Virus record (IMG/VR): IMGVR_UViG_3300020368_000004 | Location: 1-31,875 of that record | DNA length: 31,875 nt | Source: a virus | Taxonomy: Duplodnaviria; Caudoviricetes | Strand: one strand, 5' to 3' | In this document: piece after piece, positions 7,577-16,411 of the stretch | Layout: the number at the start of each line of letters is the position of its first letter | How positions within the stretch are numbered: the stretch's first letter is position 1 | Notes under the pieces: model-generated | What the model was told of the DNA's origin: nothing | Databases searched by the model: none | The model's input: only the letters and a program-made list of their open reading frames with translations | Position numbers and translations under genes: made by a program

Positions 7577-8254
7577 TCAGATGCCTGCCTTTTGGCTAAT
7601 CTCTTTAACCAGTTCTACATCTGCTATACTTCTTTTAAAACGTAATGCCCAGTGTTGAGGATTCATTACGTGAAACACAATTTGTAATTGTTCATCATTG
7701 AATTTGGATAACATTTCTTTTCCTGTCTTACAATTTAATATTAACCATGGACTTATCTTTCCATCTTTGATATCTTGTGTTGCTCTGTTTAAACTTACAT
7801 AATTAAAATAATCTTCCCAACGTGCTTCTTTGTCTGCACCCCATTCCATCATGTTTTTTATTGAACGTTCAACTGCTGTCTCTACACTTTCTTTAAGTAT
7901 AAGTTCTAGTGCATACTTTTCATACAGTTCTTCTCTTGCCCAATGATCTAATTTCACGCCGCTTGTTACTACATAGTCAATATACTTTTCTGGATACAGT
8001 GGTCGGACGTTGTTTACAAAAGAACCAAACTTAACAAATGCATTGTAGTATGGACTATCAGAAAACTGTTGATATGTTTTTTGTCCTTCAAACTTTTGGC
8101 ATAGTTGATAGAATCTTATAAACGCATAGTGTCCAAGTTTAACGTGTTTTTCATTTTCCTGCAATGCCCTACGTTTCTTTTCACACATATGAACTGCAAG
8201 TGTTTTTTCTCTTGTGAAACTTGCTCCACAATAAGGACAAGTAAATTTTTCCAT
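7577..8254 (-). CDS. phage protein with N-terminal C2H2/C2HC zinc finger
   Basis: CPYCGASFTREKTLAVHMC at the N-terminus; helical remainder. Confidence 0.75.
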   Translation of the reverse strand: MEKFTCPYCGASFTREKTLAVHMCEKKRRALQENEKHVKLGHYAFIRFYQLCQKFEGQKTYQQFSDSPYYNAFVKFGSFVNNVRPLYPEKYIDYVVTSGVKLDHWAREELYEKYALELILKESVETAVERSIKNMMEWGADKEARWEDYFNYVSLNRATQDIKDGKISPWLILNCKTGKEMLSKFNDEQLQIVFHVMNPQHWALRFKRSIADVELVKEISQKAGI

Positions 8255-9087
8255 TATAATCCTCTTACGTAATATGTATTAGGACCATAGCCAGCATCTA
8301 TTACCGATTGGCCAATCTTGTTATAGTCATCTTGTGATCTTACTGCATCTTCCATTTTTACTGCAAAGAGATGATCTATTTGTACGCCACTTAATTTAGG
8401 CTGTATCTTATCACGTAAAAATTGATAGTGCATTATCGGAGTAGGATGTTGATCCAAAACTTTTTCATCATCTAATTGTCCTGGGATTGCGTGTTTAAAC
8501 TTTAAACGTTGATCATATTTTTCTACAACGTAATTAAATAGATCACCTTCTACAAAAATATTATCTCTAAACAAATCTTGATATATGTCTAGCAAATTTC
8601 TATCACCTCTAAGTGTTTGCACTTGTTCACGCATCTCAGTTCCAAGTATAAAAATAACTCTAGCATTAACACCTTTAACTAATTTCTTTGCAAGATAAAT
8701 GTAGTTGAACGAGTGCATCATGTAACTATATTCGTTCCAGACTTTATCTATTATATGATACTTCAATTGATCTGCGTGTGTATTTGTAAACACACTTCCA
8801 CCAGGATACCAACCTTCAGTAATCTCTGGATCCCATTTATGATAATCAAACCTATGATGGTCAGTCCATTGTACTGCAATAACATCATTAGGTTGAAACC
8901 TTGTTTTAACAAAACATTCTGTAAGTCTTTCTAGTATTTGTCTGTTACCCGCACCTCTGTTTGCCCAGTTTTCAAATCCGTTTTCAAAAGATTGTCCTAA
9001 TATATCTGCCCATGTTGGCCAATGATATCTTGTAAGTGAACAGCCGAACGTGTATAGTTTACCTTGTTGTTTTACATAATTAGCCAT
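8254..9087 (-). CDS. SGNH/GDSL-hydrolase-like protein
   Basis: FGCS block I, GAGN block II, QWT...R, C-terminal DQHP (DxH-like). Confidence 0.6.
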   Translation of the reverse strand: MANYVKQQGKLYTFGCSLTRYHWPTWADILGQSFENGFENWANRGAGNRQILERLTECFVKTRFQPNDVIAVQWTDHHRFDYHKWDPEITEGWYPGGSVFTNTHADQLKYHIIDKVWNEYSYMMHSFNYIYLAKKLVKGVNARVIFILGTEMREQVQTLRGDRNLLDIYQDLFRDNIFVEGDLFNYVVEKYDQRLKFKHAIPGQLDDEKVLDQHPTPIMHYQFLRDKIQPKLSGVQIDHLFAVKMEDAVRSQDDYNKIGQSVIDAGYGPNTYYVRGL

Positions 9088-9511
9088 GCTGTTCTAATAA
9101 CTCCTTGAACTCTTTTTTTGTCATCAAACTTAACATTAGTCTTAGTTCGTCTTCTTTCATATTAGGATAAATTTTTTCAAGTTCTTTTTGATCTTTGTTG
9201 CTTGTTTTTTTATGCTTGTATCCTATCCATTCATGATACTGTATTTTTCCTGTGTTACCACTCATGCACAATAACTGCCACAAAAGTTTTTTATGTTTTT
9301 GTAATAGGAAAAATCCTTTGTTGTAATATTCATTTGTTTTGAATACCGCAAGTTCTGCCTTGTCCCTTGTGCTTTTAACACTAGACACATATCTGTTTAA
9401 CAAATAAAAACTTACTTGTTTTCTTTCTTCATCAGACAGTTCATCCCAAACGTTCTTTGCGTTTAAGTCAATTGCGGCCAATACGTCTTTAAGCGGTAGT
9501 TTCTTCTGCAT
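9080..9511 (-). CDS. putative clamp-loader small subunit (T4 gp62-like)
   Basis: YLLNRYVS...NEY...HKKLLWQLL...HEWI pattern, 143 aa, T4-like replisome context. Confidence 0.6.
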   Translation of the reverse strand: MQKKLPLKDVLAAIDLNAKNVWDELSDEERKQVSFYLLNRYVSSVKSTRDKAELAVFKTNEYYNKGFFLLQKHKKLLWQLLCMSGNTGKIQYHEWIGYKHKKTSNKDQKELEKIYPNMKEDELRLMLSLMTKKEFKELLEQHG

Positions 9512-10082
9512 TTAATTTTGTCTCTATACTATAAGTCATTCCTATACTAACACGTAATGGCACAGATGTCACATCCATAGTATGCCAATAATGTGCTGGA
9601 AATAAAACTCCATTACCTTTTTTATACTTTGTTCTTTTCATTTCCGTTTTACCTTCATCTGAAAAGAACACCGTATCTCCATCCGCATCATTTACGTAAT
9701 ATACAAATGTCCACAGTCCTGGCTGTCCATTTCGTACATCATTGTGCGGTCCATAATATACTCCTTGCACTGTACCATTAAGCCTTGTCCTTGTGACTTG
9801 GTTAACGTGTGCATCAGGAATATACTTTGGTATAATATCCATTGTTAGTGCTGTGTGTAGCATATTGCTTAATTCTTTATGGTCATCTAATATATTGCTT
9901 GACGTACAATACATTACGTTTGTAAACAAGGCAGGCGTTTTGTAGTTACCATCTTGTTCATCTTCTTCCGGAACATTTACAAACTTCCAATCCACGTCTT
10001 TTGTTTGATTCTCAATATATGAAACAAGCCATTGTGGAAATGGATCTACTATTTCGAATATTTTATTTGGATCTCTCAACAT
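9489..10082 (-). CDS. 2OG-Fe(II) oxygenase
   Basis: HND, TFVYYVNDADGDTVFF, VLFPAHYWH, distal R. Confidence 0.8.
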   Translation of the reverse strand: MLRDPNKIFEIVDPFPQWLVSYIENQTKDVDWKFVNVPEEDEQDGNYKTPALFTNVMYCTSSNILDDHKELSNMLHTALTMDIIPKYIPDAHVNQVTRTRLNGTVQGVYYGPHNDVRNGQPGLWTFVYYVNDADGDTVFFSDEGKTEMKRTKYKKGNGVLFPAHYWHTMDVTSVPLRVSIGMTYSIETKLNAEETTA

Positions 10083-10088
10083 CTTATT

Positions 10089-10117
10089 ATTATACTACAC
10101 CTTTCATTTATTGTCAA
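10089..10117 (-). promoter_or_regulatory. perfect consensus sigma70 promoter
   Basis: TTGACA (10117-10112, containing the upstream TGA stop), 17 nt, TATAAT (10094-10089), 6 nt, ATG (10082). Confidence 0.88.
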
Positions 10118-10338
10118 TCTTCTTTCAATAAATTGTAAGTCATTTTCATTTTACTCATTAACTTTTGAAGAGTCTTGTTTCCTTCGGTTGCATATATCAT
10201 ACAGTCATGGAATTCATGATCTTCCAAATGCCAGTCTGGTTTGACTTCACGTTCAATACAAATACGTTCTCCAGTCTTTGTGTCTCTTTCATAAACTGTA
10301 AGTCCTCCATCTGGCGATTCGTAAATTTTATCAGTCAA
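10114..10338 (-). CDS. small hypothetical phage protein
   Basis: 74 aa, IYESPDGGLTVYER motif, overlaps the upstream gene. Confidence 0.75.
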   Translation of the reverse strand: MTDKIYESPDGGLTVYERDTKTGERICIEREVKPDWHLEDHEFHDCMIYATEGNKTLQKLMSKMKMTYNLLKED

Positions 10339-10681
10339 CTTTTGTTCCTACTGTGCGTCTTACAATATCATTATGATTAAATTCTGCCCAGTACAACTCA
10401 AAGGCCACGCCATCTTCTAGTCCTTCAAACTGATGCACTTTACCAGGCTTGACCTGTGTAAAGTCTCCTGCATTTAAAATAGTTTCATCTACTAGTCCGT
10501 CTTGATCATCCTGCCAAACTCTAACAATCATCTTTCCTGACTCTACATAAAAACCATTCCATTTAAATTTGTGTTCATGCTCACTGCATTTGAATCCTTT
10601 TTTAAATTCTATTCTGTGAAATTCAAGCACACCGTTTGCATGGATCAGTTCTGTTTGTCCCCAAATTTTACCTGCCTTCAT
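10331..10681 (-). CDS. cupin-domain protein
   Basis: KIWG, CSEHEHKFKWNGFYVESG, PGKVHQF cupin motifs. Confidence 0.8.
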   Translation of the reverse strand: MKAGKIWGQTELIHANGVLEFHRIEFKKGFKCSEHEHKFKWNGFYVESGKMIVRVWQDDQDGLVDETILNAGDFTQVKPGKVHQFEGLEDGVAFELYWAEFNHNDIVRRTVGTKVD

Positions 10682-11409
10682 TTATTTCTCCTTTTCATTC
10701 TGTTAACAAATTTTTGATATGATCCTAAACCAATCATTAAACTATTCAACTTTGCAAGTTCTTGTGTAGTTACAAGTTCAGTTTTTAATTTTATTTTTTT
10801 ATCTGATAATGGAATTAACTGTAACCATGGATCTCCAACTTCAACTTTTATTTCACTATTAAATGGAACCATCAAGTTTACAATCGTTGCGTGTTGATAT
10901 TTAAATTCTGTTATTGCAGGGCAAGTCCAATATTTTAAAGGATCTTTTTGATGCCATGCCGGACTTGTCCATATAAACTCTACTCCGCTCTTTTCTCTTA
11001 TTTGCCAAGGACTCATTACTTTGCCGTGAAACATATTAGGCTTATGATGTGCATAGTCTTGTGGGTCATGTGGTATTAACGGAACGTTTTCAGGATATGT
11101 TTGAACTTCACAAACATCTACCTTATCAAATGTTTTTAAATTAAGTTGTAACCAAGCAGGAAATATTATTCCTGTCGTAAGCATTTGATTCACGTGTGGA
11201 CAACGTTTAAGTGTTGCATTATCTAGACCTCTGTATGTAGGGGTGTCCATCTTACGAGTAGACGGCATAGACTTCCACCAATCAGGCATAGAGTCTCTAG
11301 CAAGTTCAGGCCCATAGGCTTCATATATGACTCTTTGATCAGTAAAGCACTCTACTTCAATTGTAGGCTTAGGAATAAAAATATCAAATATTTTTTTCAA
11401 TGTGTTCAT
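10678..11409 (-). CDS. hypothetical phage protein (beta-rich, possibly DUF6065/dUTPase-like fold)
   Basis: PDWWK...TLKRCP...GIIFPAW...K-x-x-SPW...GDPWLQLIP pattern; fold assignment is inference. Confidence 0.6.
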   Translation of the reverse strand: MNTLKKIFDIFIPKPTIEVECFTDQRVIYEAYGPELARDSMPDWWKSMPSTRKMDTPTYRGLDNATLKRCPHVNQMLTTGIIFPAWLQLNLKTFDKVDVCEVQTYPENVPLIPHDPQDYAHHKPNMFHGKVMSPWQIREKSGVEFIWTSPAWHQKDPLKYWTCPAITEFKYQHATIVNLMVPFNSEIKVEVGDPWLQLIPLSDKKIKLKTELVTTQELAKLNSLMIGLGSYQKFVNRMKRRNK

Positions 11410-12028
11410 TACTTAATTGTTCTGGGCGTTGTAGTTCTGCATGAATATTTAAACCCATTACTATTCTTTCTTGGTTAGATTGATTTGGTTGACTCCTGTG
11501 ACTTAACCAACCTGGGAAGAAAATAATATCTCCCTGTTTTGCTTCTACTTCTGTATAGTATTCATGTAGTTTAGTTTTACCATGTCGGTGTCTTGGATAA
11601 CTACCCCATAGGTGTTTATTAATATTTGTGAATTCTAAGTTGCCACCCTTTTGTGGTTGCTTTAAATAAAACGACATTACCATATGAGCATCACCATGGT
11701 CATGCGTGTCAGTCCACTGATTAGCATTATGTTTGTTTACCCAACTCTTTGTTATTCCAAACCAGTTATAGTTTAGTTCCCATGCGTTTAAAACTTTCTT
11801 TACGTAAGGTTCTATGTCATTACAAAATTCTATCATCTCAGGCCATAGATGAGGTGCGTCTGTGTGACCTGTGCTTGTAATACCACCTTCACGTTCTACT
11901 TCTCCGTGATCGGTTATCTTACTTAAGAAGTTTGATGCACGTTCTTGCAACCTACTTACATCTTTGCTATAATTGGCTTTCCAAATTAAGTTTGGACTTA
12001 GGTCAACCTTTTGAATGTCGTTGTCCAT
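11384..12028 (-). CDS. putative 2OG-Fe(II) oxygenase, TIGR02466-like
   Basis: SWVN, HDH, FYL...GGNLEF, GDIIFFPGWLSH, ERI; start at ATG 12028 coupled (TAATG) to the upstream peptide. Confidence 0.8.
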   Translation of the reverse strand: MDNDIQKVDLSPNLIWKANYSKDVSRLQERASNFLSKITDHGEVEREGGITSTGHTDAPHLWPEMIEFCNDIEPYVKKVLNAWELNYNWFGITKSWVNKHNANQWTDTHDHGDAHMVMSFYLKQPQKGGNLEFTNINKHLWGSYPRHRHGKTKLHEYYTEVEAKQGDIIFFPGWLSHRSQPNQSNQERIVMGLNIHAELQRPEQLSNEHIEKNI

Positions 12029-12102
12029 TACGATACCGCCCATACCATTATTATTGCTATCAATGTTATTCCTACCAAATCATAAACCCATTCATTCTTC
12101 AT
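12028..12102 (-). CDS. 24-aa hydrophobic micropeptide
   Basis: MKNEWVYDLVGITLIAIIMVWAVS*; GGGAGAG SD; starts 2 nt after the upstream stop; TAATG overlap downstream. Confidence 0.55.
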   Translation of the reverse strand: MKNEWVYDLVGITLIAIIMVWAVS

Positions 12103-12104
12103 TT

Positions 12105-12401
12105 TTAAACTCTCCCAAGATACCTTGTTGTTTCGTATTTTGTTTTAAAGTAATCGTGTGTAACATAAGAAGCAGTTATAAATCCTGCCACGAATACTAA
12201 CAAATAAATTACAGTGGTTTTTATATTCTTTTTGAACCCGCCCTTGCCTTTGTTCTTTTTATATGCTCTCCACATCCACCAAAAACCTGCAATGGTTAAA
12301 ATAATACCTATTGCAATTACCCAGGGATTATTTGCTATTGCAACTCCTGAAGCACCAAAGATTAATAGTAATAATCCATTTATATAACACATTGGACACA
12401 T
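12105..12401 (-). CDS. membrane protein with N-terminal CxxC (three predicted TM helices)
   Basis: MCPMC, three hydrophobic stretches, Lys-rich loop; AAGGAG SD. Confidence 0.7.
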   Translation of the reverse strand: MCPMCYINGLLLLIFGASGVAIANNPWVIAIGIILTIAGFWWMWRAYKKNKGKGGFKKNIKTTVIYLLVFVAGFITASYVTHDYFKTKYETTRYLGRV

Positions 12402-12937
12402 TAATCATTCTCCTTTTCTAATACAACAATATATTTCTTCTTCTTTCGGAATAAAGTATATATTGGTTTTGCTTGTATGTTATCTTTTATTTTGATATCC
12501 CACCATTCAGGCTGTTCTAGTATTAGATGTGCGTTTCTACCATCAGGTAAAAACTTACGTGCCGGAATTGTGTCTATCATTAAATAGGCTTTCTTTGTAA
12601 AAAGAAAGTTGATATGTTTTAGCACATTGTCAATTAAATCTGGTTCTATGTGTTCAAGTACATCTGTGCATAATAAAAATTCATAAGTTTCACTTGAATC
12701 AGGAACCTTATCGAAGTCTGGCATTCCTGGATCATATCCTCTTACTAATGCATCTGGATATCTTTCTTTCAATCCATTTACAACATTGCCTTTACCACAA
12801 CCATAGTCTAAGAAACTTTTATGTCCATCAGTAAACTGTTCTAAACCTTTTAGCCAAGCAGTGTTACCAAAGCCTCTTGGTCTCTGATGATGCAGTCTAT
12901 TAAGCAAGTGTTTATAGTAAGGAGATATTAGATCCAT
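12401..12937 (-). CDS. class I SAM-dependent methyltransferase
   Basis: LDYGCGKG, GYDP, CTDVLEHIEP, NAHL. Confidence 0.88.
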   Translation of the reverse strand: MDLISPYYKHLLNRLHHQRPRGFGNTAWLKGLEQFTDGHKSFLDYGCGKGNVVNGLKERYPDALVRGYDPGMPDFDKVPDSSETYEFLLCTDVLEHIEPDLIDNVLKHINFLFTKKAYLMIDTIPARKFLPDGRNAHLILEQPEWWDIKIKDNIQAKPIYTLFRKKKKYIVVLEKEND

Positions 12938-13443
12938 TAAAATAACTTTCCGTAGTCAATAGTTTCTATCTGCCTACTTACATCTTTAATAAAAAATGCA
13001 CACTTGGGATTATGTTTATCTTGTACTGGCACTGCTAACAGTTGACCATTTTTCATTTTAGGAAAATACCATTTAACATCATTGTAATAGTTTACAACTC
13101 TTACAGGCATAAAGTCTGGCTTGCCACTTGTTAACGGATTGAATACAAATGCTTCAAAGCCTCTATCGGCAATACTCGTTAATGGCAAAATCTCTACGTC
13201 CATTCCTGTCTCGCTGTCACCTACTGCTAGGTTCCAATCTAATGGCATCTGTACTTCCTGTCCTCCTATGTCTAATACTATTGCTGGAGAACTAAAACTT
13301 TCTAAAAATATTAGAGGCATAAAAAAGAAGTCAGGCTCGTTTGGATCACTGTTATCCAGAACACTAAAGCGGACATCTTCTTCTAGTTCTTCAGGCAAGT
13401 TATTAAGACTAAAGCAGGTATTGTCTAGTGTTAATATCTTCAT
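12937..13443 (-). CDS. hypothetical phage protein (168 aa)
   Basis: Full-length beta-rich ORF translationally coupled on both sides, downstream of uvsW. Confidence 0.75.
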   Translation of the reverse strand: MKILTLDNTCFSLNNLPEELEEDVRFSVLDNSDPNEPDFFFMPLIFLESFSSPAIVLDIGGQEVQMPLDWNLAVGDSETGMDVEILPLTSIADRGFEAFVFNPLTSGKPDFMPVRVVNYYNDVKWYFPKMKNGQLLAVPVQDKHNPKCAFFIKDVSRQIETIDYGKLF

Positions 13444-13664
13444 TTCTTTTTTCTTTCCATAATTTGTTTAGGGGTTAAACTACCCGGATCAAGTTTTTGC
13501 AAACGGCAAGTAAATAACTTTTTCTCGCCTTTTGACGTTACAAGCACAGGTTGTCCATGCTCATCAAACTTGATACTCTTAATTTTTGTAGACACATTCC
13601 GAAATCTACCTACCTGTATTTCATCACCAACCTTTATCTCTACCGTATATTTTTTCATTGCCAA
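13440..13664 (-). CDS. small basic hypothetical protein (SH3/KOW-like)
   Basis: 74 aa, IKVGDEIQVG, DEHGQP; overlaps the uvsW stop. Confidence 0.65.
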   Translation of the reverse strand: MAMKKYTVEIKVGDEIQVGRFRNVSTKIKSIKFDEHGQPVLVTSKGEKKLFTCRLQKLDPGSLTPKQIMERKKK

Positions 13665-15109
13665 TCTACCTTTTCTATTGTAAAAGGATATTGTGCTTCT
13701 TTATAAAACTTTTTACGATGACCTAAATGTCTTTTTGCATACTTGCAAGTACTCGTAATATCCCATATTTGTACGAAGTCTTTATCTTCAGCCTTTCTTA
13801 TGCCTCTACCTATTGATTGTATCACTCTTACAAATGATTTGCCTGGTTCAATTAAAACTAAATTAAAGATACGCGGTATGTTTATACCAACAGCCGCAAC
13901 TCCGTATGTTGCAATAATAACTTTTTTATCTGCTTCTTTAACCTCATCATATTGTTCTTTTCTATCTTTGACTTTGACATCACCTTTGATAAAAACAGAA
14001 TCTGGTATTAGTTCTTGTAATAAATTGCCTGCACTAATTCTATCAACTAGAATTAGAGTATTGCCTTCTTCTTTTATCTTAACACATAATTTGCCTAAAT
14101 ATTCTATCCTATCTTGATTCGTTACTAGATATTTTAATTCTTCTTGATAACCTTTATATTCTTTCAAGTCAACAAGTTGTACTACGTTCACATGACAGGC
14201 AGATAGTACACCTTTGTCTTGTAATTCTTTTGCACTTATCTGATTGATTACAGGACCTATACTTGCTAATATACTTTGAAATTCAAATTGTTCCTTTGGT
14301 ATTGTTCCTGTTAATCCCCAACGTACTGGTGCGTTACGTAAATTTTGTGTAAGTAATTTTTTTAATACTTCTGCTTTTGCTTGATGCACTTCATCAATAA
14401 TAACTGTTTCTACACCTTCTAAAAAGTCTGCAAGTGTAAATGACTCCTCGTGGTTTTTACTTTTCTTATCAAGTACATTTAAACTTTGCCAAGTGCAAAT
14501 AGTGTGTGTTTTGTTTAATTCTTTTCTGTCTCCGAAGTAAACTCCTACGTCTAAACCTACGTTAACATAATCCTCTTCTGTTTGGGTTACAAGAGATTTG
14601 TTAGGAACAATTACCACTGTACGTCCTAGTTTTTCACATAGGTGTGATAGTGTTGCAGTGATTATTGTTTTACCTGCTCCTGTGGCAACTTCTTGTAAAC
14701 ACTGTGGACTTTCTAAAAATTTATTAATTGTTTCTACCTGATAGTCACGTAATACTATAGGTTGTCCTTCACATGGATGTCCTTTCGGCCATGTTTTACC
14801 TTTCCAATAATCTGAATCTATCTTTTCAAATGCTAGGTCGTGCTTTTGTCTATGGTCTTCTATATCATCTACTTCATAACCAGTTTCAAGTAAAGTTTTT
14901 AGAACTACATCTAAATGATTCACATAACCGTTACCACCTAATCCAAAGAAGCCTACAGTTCCGTCCCAACGTCCTAATTTGTATTGTGGCATATATCTAG
15001 CATAAGGAACTTGCCACTTTAATTTGTTTGCAAGTTTTCTACGTATGTCTACCGGCAATCCTTCAACTTTAAAATTTACTTCGTCTTTGATTATAATTTT
15101 ACATTTCAT
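13655..15109 (-). CDS. uvsW: UvsW-like SF2 DNA helicase
   Basis: LRDYQ, ATGAGKT, DEVH, GLTGT, ATYGVAAVGINIP, QSIGRGIR. Confidence 0.92.
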   Translation of the reverse strand: MKCKIIIKDEVNFKVEGLPVDIRRKLANKLKWQVPYARYMPQYKLGRWDGTVGFFGLGGNGYVNHLDVVLKTLLETGYEVDDIEDHRQKHDLAFEKIDSDYWKGKTWPKGHPCEGQPIVLRDYQVETINKFLESPQCLQEVATGAGKTIITATLSHLCEKLGRTVVIVPNKSLVTQTEEDYVNVGLDVGVYFGDRKELNKTHTICTWQSLNVLDKKSKNHEESFTLADFLEGVETVIIDEVHQAKAEVLKKLLTQNLRNAPVRWGLTGTIPKEQFEFQSILASIGPVINQISAKELQDKGVLSACHVNVVQLVDLKEYKGYQEELKYLVTNQDRIEYLGKLCVKIKEEGNTLILVDRISAGNLLQELIPDSVFIKGDVKVKDRKEQYDEVKEADKKVIIATYGVAAVGINIPRIFNLVLIEPGKSFVRVIQSIGRGIRKAEDKDFVQIWDITSTCKYAKRHLGHRKKFYKEAQYPFTIEKVDWQ

Positions 15110-16374
15110 ATTGAATCGATTCCTGTGCCTAACTTTCCATACTTGTTAATAATACTTGGTTGGCTACTATAAAAAATACTTAAATCCATGTCTTCTACTG
15201 CAAGGCTTACCTTTGTGCTATTATATCTTTGACTGTGCGAAACACCTAAACTTGCAATAGGTGACCAACCTGCTTTTGATAAAGTGTTTGGATATTTGGT
15301 TTCAAGGACATAAACTATTTCAGTTTCTGGCGTTACTCTATTATTTAACCTCTGGTCCTTCACATATTGGTTAAATTCACTATGATTTTGAGTATCAAGT
15401 CTAAACACACAACTCATTTTTTCTTTTGCTATTACACACTTAAAAAGATCATGCCATTGTTTTAATTGGTCAATCGCAGATACTTCTTTGGTTATTACAA
15501 CCATCAAAGGAAACCTATTAAGTTGGACCAACGAATCTACAACTTGAGCCGATGTCCATTTTGTTGCATCTATTTCAACATACTTGCCTTTTCTATTCGC
15601 AACTCCATCGGCAAGTGGCGACAGGTGTTTGGTCAAACTTTCCTTATTATCAAAATGATGTAATCCATAACGCAAACGTCTATCATACAACAAATGAACA
15701 TTGTCCTTTGTGACGTCACCAAATTCACTATATAAAAATTCTTTAGTCCTTTGTGGGATATTACGCACTTCTAAATTATAAACGCCTGGTATATGGTTGG
15801 CTCTTTCTTTTTCATAAACCAAACAGTCGTTGTACACTTGCATTACTTCTGCACTTATATCCCATTCTGCATTTACTTGATTTGCTATCTCAACTACTCT
15901 AGTTATAGTTCGTTCGCACGGTTCAAAGAAATGTGTGTGCTCATGATACGCATACGATTCAGGTGCAACTCTTTTTAGTCTATCTATTGAATCTATCATT
16001 TTCCTATTGAAAGGAAAACGTATTGCTAGTCTTTTTTCATCTGTAGAATTACTAACAATATCTTTTTGCTTTACAAGTTTTATCCAAAAACTTCTATCAA
16101 CTTTCCTATAAGGTTCTCTAGTGCATTCAATTGCTTCAGTAATATCAATTCCATTTTTATGAAATTCAGTTATGTAATAATCTTTCATTATCTTATTACA
16201 CATATGAAATTGTTTTTCAGTTAATGCTTTGCCTTTGTAAACTTGTCTTGCTACACTTCTTATAACCTTTGCATTATCTTCATGTAAGTCATACGGAAGG
16301 TCCTCAACTTTGGCATGGTAACCGAGTAGATGTTCAAGGCAGTCTTCAATTGTAATCACAGGCGTTTTCTTCAT
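15106..16374 (-). CDS. hypothetical phage protein coupled to uvsW (422 aa)
   Basis: Long ORF with its own sigma70 promoter and an ATGA overlap with uvsW; no recognised catalytic motif. Confidence 0.8.
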   Translation of the reverse strand: MKKTPVITIEDCLEHLLGYHAKVEDLPYDLHEDNAKVIRSVARQVYKGKALTEKQFHMCNKIMKDYYITEFHKNGIDITEAIECTREPYRKVDRSFWIKLVKQKDIVSNSTDEKRLAIRFPFNRKMIDSIDRLKRVAPESYAYHEHTHFFEPCERTITRVVEIANQVNAEWDISAEVMQVYNDCLVYEKERANHIPGVYNLEVRNIPQRTKEFLYSEFGDVTKDNVHLLYDRRLRYGLHHFDNKESLTKHLSPLADGVANRKGKYVEIDATKWTSAQVVDSLVQLNRFPLMVVITKEVSAIDQLKQWHDLFKCVIAKEKMSCVFRLDTQNHSEFNQYVKDQRLNNRVTPETEIVYVLETKYPNTLSKAGWSPIASLGVSHSQRYNSTKVSLAVEDMDLSIFYSSQPSIINKYGKLGTGIDSI

Positions 16375-16382
16375 GATGTCTT

Positions 16383-16411
16383 ATTATAGTATGAAAATAC
16401 TAAAAAGTCAA
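16383..16411 (-). promoter_or_regulatory. sigma70-type promoter of the uvsW operon
   Basis: TTGACT (16411-16406), 17 nt, TATAAT (16388-16383), 8 nt, ATG (16374). Confidence 0.85.

Noticed and set aside
12937-13443. Possible free-standing intein/Hint domain
   Set aside because: The beta-rich pattern is suggestive, but there is no N-terminal Cys/Ser, TxxH or terminal HN; it cannot be supported without HHpred.
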